Shown: positions 15,883 through 23,151 of the stretch, piece by piece
How positions within the stretch are numbered: the first letter of the stretch is position 1
How the letters are laid out: every line of letters begins with the position of its first letter
IMG/VR virus record: IMGVR_UViG_3300014656_000107
Coordinates: 1-27,313 of that record
Origin: a virus
Taxonomy: Duplodnaviria; Caudoviricetes
DNA length: 27,313 bases
Direction: 5' to 3' (one strand)
Program-made: the position numbers and the translations under genes
The notes under the pieces: model-generated
Told to the model about the DNA's origin: nothing
Database searches by the model: none
What the model saw: the letters and a program-made list of their open reading frames with translations, nothing else

Positions 15883-16458
15883 ATGCCACTTACTCAATGC
15901 TGGGCAGATAGAGTTCCATCACTAAACCGGGAAGCTTCGGAGCAACTGGAGAACCTTATCACTCCCGAATCCAAAGTATTCGAGTTTGGCACGGGCGGGT
16001 CTACCATCTGGCTGGCGAGGAGGGTTAAAGAATTAGTTTCAGTGGAACATAACAAGGCATGGTTTCAGATATTGAAGGAAGGGTTTTTGTCGGACTTTGG
16101 GGAGATTCCGGGAAATGTAATAATTTTGTTGCTTAACCGAACCCTAAACGATATGTGGATAATTTCGGAGACTACTGGAGAAAATATAGGATTGGACTTT
16201 ACCGACTATATTCTGCGTTATCCGGATAATTACTTTGATTTAATCATTGTGGACGGAAGGGCAAGAAACTCTTGCATAGCCAATTCGCTGAACAAGGTTA
16301 AACTAGGCGGTTATATTATGCTGGATGATGCCCAGAGACCATGTTACACACAGGGAATTGCCATGTTGAGTGAATGGGAAAAGACAATTTGCAAGGGAGA
16401 TAGGTTTACTCCATACGAGGGTAATGGAACTATGTTTTTCAAAAGACCAGAGGTGTAA
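15883..16458 (+). CDS. Class I SAM-dependent methyltransferase
   Basis: VFEFGTGGST motif I, VSVEH, FDLIIVDGRAR, GGYIMLDDA. Confidence 0.9.
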   Translation: MPLTQCWADRVPSLNREASEQLENLITPESKVFEFGTGGSTIWLARRVKELVSVEHNKAWFQILKEGFLSDFGEIPGNVIILLLNRTLNDMWIISETTGENIGLDFTDYILRYPDNYFDLIIVDGRARNSCIANSLNKVKLGGYIMLDDAQRPCYTQGIAMLSEWEKTICKGDRFTPYEGNGTMFFKRPEV

Positions 16459-16461
16459 AAA

Positions 16462-17085
16462 ATGAACTCTACTCTTTTTCATGCGGACATAAGACGGCTT
16501 TTCCCCGATGTGGTGGATGAAGACAGATTATCGGCGGCGGAGAAAGCGGCATTTCTCACTATGGCTCATCATTTGGATTTACCGGATGCCGAAGATGGGG
16601 GAAGTCAAGCGGTAACATCAGGGACACCCAATTATGCCATCGTTACCGATTCGGGAGATGACGTCGACCGGATAACCAGCGTGGTATGGGTGGGAAGCAA
16701 CAATATACCCTTAACCGATCTGAACATCAGGGAATACCAGTTTCTTTATCGGGGAGATGCTGATACTGATGAACCGGATAGTTATTGTTATTACAATGGG
16801 GAATTATGGCTTTATCCCATACCGGATGAATCTGGTACGGTATATTTCACCTGTCAAAACGTGGTCGTGAATATAAACGATTTTCCCGATAGTTATTATC
16901 CGCTTATGTTGGCATTGACCAAGAAGAATTTAATGAAAGAAGATAGTGGAGGTTGGTACTGGACGTATCGAGAAGCTAAGGATTTGATGAAATCGTTTAA
17001 GATGAAGATGCACCCCAAGAAACGGGGGATGGAGATGGGCACATATCGGGCTTTAAGAATACGGGATTTAAACAATCAAATATAG
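16462..17085 (+). CDS. Head-tail adaptor (tail tubular protein A-like) 1
   Basis: PDSYCYY..ELWLYPIPD and FPDSYYPLM motifs, about 200 aa, position before nozzle. Confidence 0.75.
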   Translation: MNSTLFHADIRRLFPDVVDEDRLSAAEKAAFLTMAHHLDLPDAEDGGSQAVTSGTPNYAIVTDSGDDVDRITSVVWVGSNNIPLTDLNIREYQFLYRGDADTDEPDSYCYYNGELWLYPIPDESGTVYFTCQNVVVNINDFPDSYYPLMLALTKKNLMKEDSGGWYWTYREAKDLMKSFKMKMHPKKRGMEMGTYRALRIRDLNNQI

Positions 17086-17093
17086 GGGAGAAC

Positions 17094-17816
17094 GTGAAAA
17101 AGTTACTTGTAATCATAATGGTTCTGTTGCCCGTGTCCGTATGGGGATTCGACATAACCACGTTGCAGAATTTCGAGCAGGACGTTAAGAACAACATTGC
17201 AGTTGCTGCCGATCCCTATTTTCCCGATTCCACGCTGGACGCTTTTATCAATTTGGGTTGCAGGGACGTGGCTTCGAGAGGGGCTTTGATAGCCGCCGAA
17301 ACGGTGATAGTGACCACTAACCAATGGATCATAACCTTACCAACCGATGCCATTGACGTAGAAGCGGTATTTCCCTGTTCTACTTTTACCTCAAGGGGAT
17401 TCGACCGGATAAGTTTCAGGGATTGGGGTAAGATAGCCGCCATGAACCAATTAACCACCGCCAAGTATTATGTTTTCCTTCCAGCCACTTACGATGTGGA
17501 GAATACGGCAACCGGACACAGGGCGGCAAAACTCTGGCTTTATCCGGCAAGTTCGGTGGCGGTGGACACTATTATCGTAATTTATTATCAGGAAGGCAGA
17601 ACGCTTTCGTCTGATGCGGACACCACCAACATACCCTATATGTATAGACAGTTGGTGGTGTTTTATGCTACGGCGATGGCGTATTCCTTTGCACAAGATT
17701 ATGATAAGGCAAGCTGGTGGTTTTCGCTTTATGACCAGTGGTGCAATAAGTATGGACTGATACCTAAAAAGCCGATAACGGATTATTACATTTTACCAAA
17801 GGAGATTACAAAATGA
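17094..17816 (+). CDS. Head-tail adaptor 2 with N-terminal signal peptide
   Basis: LDAFINLG, LPTD, LWLYPA, LSSDADTTNIP..YRQLVVFYA adaptor motifs; N-terminus MKKLLVIIMVLLPVSVWG; GGGGAG SD before GTG. Confidence 0.78.
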   Translation: MKKLLVIIMVLLPVSVWGFDITTLQNFEQDVKNNIAVAADPYFPDSTLDAFINLGCRDVASRGALIAAETVIVTTNQWIITLPTDAIDVEAVFPCSTFTSRGFDRISFRDWGKIAAMNQLTTAKYYVFLPATYDVENTATGHRAAKLWLYPASSVAVDTIIVIYYQEGRTLSSDADTTNIPYMYRQLVVFYATAMAYSFAQDYDKASWWFSLYDQWCNKYGLIPKKPITDYYILPKEITK

Positions 17817-18004
17817 ATAAAAATTGGGAATTTGCATCAACAGGGCATACTGAGGAGTTGGATATGGTTGGTAAAACTTATTATTGGTGGTTAAAGATTA
17901 TAAAGGAACAGGATATGCAACCGGACGGAACTATAACCATAACCATAAACTTTGATACTGACACCATTGGAATTAAAAGTAAAGTTAAGGAAACAACCAA
18001 GTAA
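17813..18004 (+). CDS. Small hypothetical protein inserted between tail genes
   Basis: AAGGAG SD, ATGA and TAATG overlaps with both neighbours. Confidence 0.6.
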   Translation: MNKNWEFASTGHTEELDMVGKTYYWWLKIIKEQDMQPDGTITITINFDTDTIGIKSKVKETTK

Positions 18005-20307
18005 TGAAAAAACTACTTATTGTTCTTATAGTCTGTTGGGGGATAGGGGGGCAGTGTTTGTGGGAGGATAGCGGGTTAGCGAAAGCTCAATCCGCTTCCC
18101 CCCAGCAGACACCCTTTTCCCTGCCAAATGTCCCGCCTAAAGACCTGTGGATAGGGACAAGTGACTTTTCCGGGGGAATAAACAACTTCCTTCAATCCGA
18201 CAGGATAAGCTCTAAAGAGTCGTTTGAATGTATCAATCTACTGCCGGACGGCTTGATTGGACTTACCAAGAGAAGTGGATACCAGAAGATATTTTTTACT
18301 CCTCATGGCGCAATTCATGGAATAACTCTTGGTGATTCCGCTAATGTCAATCCACAGTTAATAGTGGTAGCGGGTGATTCTATCTTCTGGGCAAATAGTT
18401 CTTCGGGTTGGGAACTTGGTTCTGGTGCTACTTATCCCATAGGTACTACGACTGCTACCATACCACACTACTTTGCCGCTACACCTTTTGGAACGGTGGT
18501 AGTAAATGGTACGGATTCGACAAGAATATGGACAGGCAAGCAACCATACACAGGTTTAGGAATTTGTTTAACTGATACTTGTGATACCTCAGCCCACATA
18601 GCATTCGATACGGTTAGGGTTCGCTGTATTGAAAGTCGATGGACACCGGATTACTGGATAGGATATTGGGTTAAGAAACTCGATGGGAACATAAGACAGA
18701 TCATAGATAATGATGTCAATTCCCTTGTCTATATTGCCGATTCTACAGGGACTGATCCCGATACCATAGATCGCACTCGCCCATTTTATATTGTCTGTCG
18801 ACCTGATTCTACTTCAAGTACTTTAACCTATCCTAAAGGTCAGGCATCGGCTTATTATGATGACAGGTTATTTGTATCCTCTGCTTTTTATCCGTGGAGG
18901 ATTTACTACTCTAATACCAGACTAATAAATGACATCGACCCGGACGCTTTCATCAATTTAGATATGGGGGCGTTTGACCAGATTCAGGTAATGAAAGTAT
19001 TTAACGGGTATTTGATAGTGTTTGGCAAGTATTCGGTTTATGCCATAGATAACAGTTTACAGGCAACACTGATTACCAAAGTGGTGGGATGTATTGCCCC
19101 TTACAGCGTGGCGGTGGGTGATGATTATATCTACTTTCTATCAGACCGGGGGGTTTACAGGTTTAAGGGGAATATCTACGGTTCGCTTTCCTACACAATG
19201 GAGAAAATAAGCGATGCGGTAAATCCTGCTATAGACGCTATTGATCCGAACAACTGGGCGAACTTAGGCGGGCATTACGGGGACAAAAGATACTGGATGG
19301 CAGTCAGCCCCGACACTTCTTTAGTCTTTGATGAACGGACTAACGGTTGGTACAAGCAAAGTTTCGGTTTCACTGACATCTTAAAATATAGTGGTATACT
19401 TGGGACTTCATGGAGTGAGGAACTTTGCCCGACTGTTGATGGAGACACGGTTGAATGGACTACCTCTACCGGTTTGTCACATTTTACTTTGGTGAATTGT
19501 GACGGGATTACGGATTATGTCTATACCGGAAGTAATCATTTCTTGGATAAATTTACAATAGGGAATTTGATCGACACCACCACGTTTACGGTGAACTGTC
19601 TTTCTGTAAGTATGGTTGCCAAGAAAAGTGCCACTACTTCTCCCGCACAGGTTGAAGTGGATATGACCGGGACTGACGGGAAAAGATATGTTTTGGCGAC
19701 TTTTACCATGACTACTTCATGGGTGGAATATAACCAATATGTATATACCAACCCCCAGACCAGTGTGCCATGGACAAAGACTACGATAAATAATTTGGTT
19801 GTAGGCATAATGGCACATACCTCAAGTGCCAGTGTGTATGTTTCTTCCATAAAGATTACCCCTGTTGGTGTAGGCAGTTTTGCCAGTACCGCTTTTTTGT
19901 TTTCCAAAAGCACCCAAGAGTTTGTTTACCGCTACGGCGGGTCATATGAAGACGATACTGCCACGACCGAGGATAATATAACAGGGATTCCAATTTTAGC
20001 TTCTTATAAATCCGGTTGGTTTGACGGGGGAAATTCCAACGACCAAAAGATTATGCGGAAATTTTTCATAGAGGCGCAGAAGGACACGGGCAAGGTTTCG
20101 TGTTATTTATACAAGGATTTTGGGACTACCGCCACCGATTCGGGTGTGATAGACAAGGGTGGAAATAGGCGGGACTTATTTTTTATGAACAATGCGATGG
20201 GTGGAAAAAAGTTTCAGGTTGAGATCAAAAATTGGGGGGATGTCGATACCTTGATAATCAAGGGTTGGTCGGCACTGCTTAGAACTTTAGGGGAAAGGAA
20301 GGAATAA
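18004..20307 (+). CDS. Tail nozzle / stabilisation protein (P22 gp10 or T7 gp12-like beta-propeller) with N-terminal signal peptide
   Basis: DFSGGIN, LTKRSGY, YDDRLFV...IYYS, VGCIAPYSV, YFLSDRGVY, KISDAV, YKSGWFDGG..K motifs; N-terminus MKKLLIVLIVCWG...AKA. Confidence 0.82.
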   Translation: MKKLLIVLIVCWGIGGQCLWEDSGLAKAQSASPQQTPFSLPNVPPKDLWIGTSDFSGGINNFLQSDRISSKESFECINLLPDGLIGLTKRSGYQKIFFTPHGAIHGITLGDSANVNPQLIVVAGDSIFWANSSSGWELGSGATYPIGTTTATIPHYFAATPFGTVVVNGTDSTRIWTGKQPYTGLGICLTDTCDTSAHIAFDTVRVRCIESRWTPDYWIGYWVKKLDGNIRQIIDNDVNSLVYIADSTGTDPDTIDRTRPFYIVCRPDSTSSTLTYPKGQASAYYDDRLFVSSAFYPWRIYYSNTRLINDIDPDAFINLDMGAFDQIQVMKVFNGYLIVFGKYSVYAIDNSLQATLITKVVGCIAPYSVAVGDDYIYFLSDRGVYRFKGNIYGSLSYTMEKISDAVNPAIDAIDPNNWANLGGHYGDKRYWMAVSPDTSLVFDERTNGWYKQSFGFTDILKYSGILGTSWSEELCPTVDGDTVEWTTSTGLSHFTLVNCDGITDYVYTGSNHFLDKFTIGNLIDTTTFTVNCLSVSMVAKKSATTSPAQVEVDMTGTDGKRYVLATFTMTTSWVEYNQYVYTNPQTSVPWTKTTINNLVVGIMAHTSSASVYVSSIKITPVGVGSFASTAFLFSKSTQEFVYRYGGSYEDDTATTEDNITGIPILASYKSGWFDGGNSNDQKIMRKFFIEAQKDTGKVSCYLYKDFGTTATDSGVIDKGGNRRDLFFMNNAMGGKKFQVEIKNWGDVDTLIIKGWSALLRTLGERKE

Positions 20308-20308
20308 G

Positions 20309-21049
20309 ATGCCTAATTACACTTACAATAATGACTACAATCCCTGGGATGTCTACAGAACCATGAGGGATCAGGTGTCTCAACAGGCACAGTTACAGAG
20401 ATTGCTTAAACAGTATGGCTTGGGTGGTAATCTTGGCGGTGGCGGTGGTTATGGCGGTGATGGAGGTGGTAATGCCGGTTCGTCTGCATGGGACTCAGCA
20501 CGGGCACAGAAATGGTTGGCGGAACAAACTGCCGGATTAGGAAGAGAAAGTTCAGCGACTGCACTTGAGAACCAGAAATCATTATTGAGTTTTCAACAGG
20601 AATTGGCAAACAAGCAGAACTTTCTCCCCCCCGATCTACTCAAGATGCTTATGGGTGGTATCAATAAAGATCAGGGGACGATGGATGCCTGGTTGAGAGG
20701 TATGGTTGGCACAGCCACCGGACAACTTGGCGGACAACTGGGCAGTCAGTTCGCACGGACTAACGTGGGTGTCCCTTCCGGCGCACAGGCGATAGCCAAT
20801 CGGTATATGTCGCCTTTGGGTAGTTTAATTGAAGGAAACAAGCCCATGTCTTATGCCGACAAGATGATGCAGGCACTTAGTATTGGCAAGACTATGGCTC
20901 CATCAATGAGTGGATACAATCAGAACCAGGGTGGTGGTTACGGACAAAAGAAGCAGAACAACGGTTATCAGGACTATATGGATCAAATATTTGGCAAGAA
21001 CAATTTTTATGGCAACACTGGTGGACAGAAGAAATGGGGGAGGTGGTAG
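20309..21049 (+). CDS. Probable internal virion (ejection) protein, G/Q/N-rich
   Basis: Position after nozzle, no Cys, low-complexity Gly/Gln composition. Confidence 0.65.
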   Translation: MPNYTYNNDYNPWDVYRTMRDQVSQQAQLQRLLKQYGLGGNLGGGGGYGGDGGGNAGSSAWDSARAQKWLAEQTAGLGRESSATALENQKSLLSFQQELANKQNFLPPDLLKMLMGGINKDQGTMDAWLRGMVGTATGQLGGQLGSQFARTNVGVPSGAQAIANRYMSPLGSLIEGNKPMSYADKMMQALSIGKTMAPSMSGYNQNQGGGYGQKKQNNGYQDYMDQIFGKNNFYGNTGGQKKWGRW

Positions 21050-21051
21050 AG

Positions 21052-22107
21052 ATGCCGAATCAAGATTGGCTTGCAAATGCCCCAGCATGGATGCAGGCAG
21101 AATGGGCTAAACATAATCAAGAGGAAAAATTAAAGAAAAGTTTCGATCCCTGGACATGGTTAGAGGCACGAATGGGTATTTCCGCACCTGGTACGGGAGA
21201 CTACGGTTTTACTACCGAACCCTATCCCTTTACCGCTTTTCAAAAGAAATTACTTCTGGACTTCTTCACCAGTAATTATGGGAATCAACAATTAGGTGCG
21301 AATGCTTCTAACCAACAAGGGCAATTTAAAAGGGAGGCTTTAGGTACATTATTAAATGCCAATCCGGGCGATCGTGCATCGGTTAATTATCCAGAATATG
21401 CCAATGATGCAACCGAGATGCTTAAAAGGGTTATGGGAAGAGATAAACAGACTTTTAATAAGGAAGATATGAAATCCCTGTTTGATGTTATTATGACAGG
21501 GGACCAAGGTTCATTTAAAACCTTATCTAACAAGTTAGACCCTTCCTGGTATTTGGGAAATAATGGGATTACAACAAGCGCAGAACAGGCACGAATGAAT
21601 ACTACGGATATATGGGGTGATAAAGACCCAATGGAGAGATACTTTGGGGATAAGATAATGGGGACTAAAACTGCTGCGGATGAAGAACGATTACGACAGT
21701 CTAACTTTGATGAAGCAAACAAACAGAAGGGATTCTTTGAAGGTGGAGGTTTTCTTTCAAATTTATTTAAACAGTATGCAAATACCACTCTGGGTGGGGC
21801 TTTAGGTAATATGGGTGGTATGGGTGGGATGTTAGGTTCTCTTGGTGGAGAGGGTGGTTTTGGTCAACCCAAATCGCCTGACATTAATATGGGTGGTGGA
21901 ACAGGAGTAATGGGTGGTTTTGGCGGCGGCGGAGGTATGGGTGTAGGTGGTGGTTTTGGTGGAAATGACTGGCTAAAGAAGATGTGGGAACAAAACTCTG
22001 GGGGTTTATCATACGATGACTGGCTTAAGAAATATTTTGGTGGGGAACAACAAAATTCCTGGTGGGGTGGTGGTCAAGGATGGAATACCGGATGGGGAGG
22101 TTTCTAA
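21052..22107 (+). CDS. Probable internal virion protein with Gly/Met/Phe/Trp-rich tail
   Basis: GGAGGT SD supports ATG 21052 (MPNQDW) over track start 21034; synteny. Confidence 0.65.
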   Translation: MPNQDWLANAPAWMQAEWAKHNQEEKLKKSFDPWTWLEARMGISAPGTGDYGFTTEPYPFTAFQKKLLLDFFTSNYGNQQLGANASNQQGQFKREALGTLLNANPGDRASVNYPEYANDATEMLKRVMGRDKQTFNKEDMKSLFDVIMTGDQGSFKTLSNKLDPSWYLGNNGITTSAEQARMNTTDIWGDKDPMERYFGDKIMGTKTAADEERLRQSNFDEANKQKGFFEGGGFLSNLFKQYANTTLGGALGNMGGMGGMLGSLGGEGGFGQPKSPDINMGGGTGVMGGFGGGGGMGVGGGFGGNDWLKKMWEQNSGGLSYDDWLKKYFGGEQQNSWWGGGQGWNTGWGGF

Positions 22108-23151
22108 ATGGATATATTAAATCAATTATTTAATATGGGTAACGAAGGTGTCCCTTGGGGACGGCAGACCAATCCCTTTGTAGATTTTATGCGACAGTTG
22201 GTTTTGAAACTAACGGAGGGTGCGGGCAATTCTATGGGTGTTAGCCCGATGAACTGGTGGAACGAGTGGCAGGGGGCTACCGCTAAAGGGTTCAAGGATG
22301 AGATGGCTACTGCCCAAGCCCTTGGGGATATTAAAGAGAAGGGGTATGGCACGATACCCACATCTGCCTCGTCTTTTTACCCAGAGATGATAAACTACCC
22401 CGACTTAGCACAGAAACTTGGTTTTACCCAAGAGACTGATCCAATGCGGAACATCGGGGGAATTTCTGGTGTCGGTGGTGAGTCTGGTGGATTCTCCCCT
22501 GATCGTGGTATCATGCCGACGATAGATGTGGAGACACCGGAGCATAGGGCTTTTATTGAAAGAGTACAAAGTGCAAGACAATCACCACAAATAGAACAAG
22601 ATTTAGCTCAACTGGCGGAAGGCAAAGAGGGTTATCGTTATATCAAACAACCTGGTGAAGAATCTTTGGTGGAGAAAAAGTGGCGGTATCAGGTTATGGA
22701 TTACATGATGAAGAATCCAGGGGCAACCAAAGAAGATGCGGAGATGGCGATATCGACATACGAAAAACCTGACAAACCGGATGCTTTTGATAAACTTCTC
22801 GGCAGGACGGAAGGGTATTTGACCAGAGAGCAACAGGGGATCACCGGACCCCCTATGCCTCAAGACATGATTAAACAAAGAGCAACGGATATGATGATTG
22901 AAAAGACCCTTGGATTGAATACAGGAAATTGGGGATTAAGAACGGAAAGAGAACTCACCACTAAACCAAAGTTGACTTGGGAAACTTTGACGGGTGAACA
23001 ACCAGATACCACAACGGGAGTAGCCCCTAAGACTCCAATTTTATCCCCGTTTCAACAAGCGTTAAAAGCGATAGAGGAAGATACTACCCTAACACCGGAA
23101 CAGAAGCAAGAGCTTATGCTTAAAGCGATGGCACAGTTCGGAGAGATGTAA
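22108..23151 (+). CDS. Probable internal virion protein
   Basis: GGAGG SD, no Cys, synteny. Confidence 0.6.
   Translation: MDILNQLFNMGNEGVPWGRQTNPFVDFMRQLVLKLTEGAGNSMGVSPMNWWNEWQGATAKGFKDEMATAQALGDIKEKGYGTIPTSASSFYPEMINYPDLAQKLGFTQETDPMRNIGGISGVGGESGGFSPDRGIMPTIDVETPEHRAFIERVQSARQSPQIEQDLAQLAEGKEGYRYIKQPGEESLVEKKWRYQVMDYMMKNPGATKEDAEMAISTYEKPDKPDAFDKLLGRTEGYLTREQQGITGPPMPQDMIKQRATDMMIEKTLGLNTGNWGLRTERELTTKPKLTWETLTGEQPDTTTGVAPKTPILSPFQQALKAIEEDTTLTPEQKQELMLKAMAQFGEM

Noticed and set aside
15883-16458. DNA methyltransferase
   Set aside because: No DPPY/NPPY or PCQ motif; pattern fits a small-molecule or glycan methyltransferase
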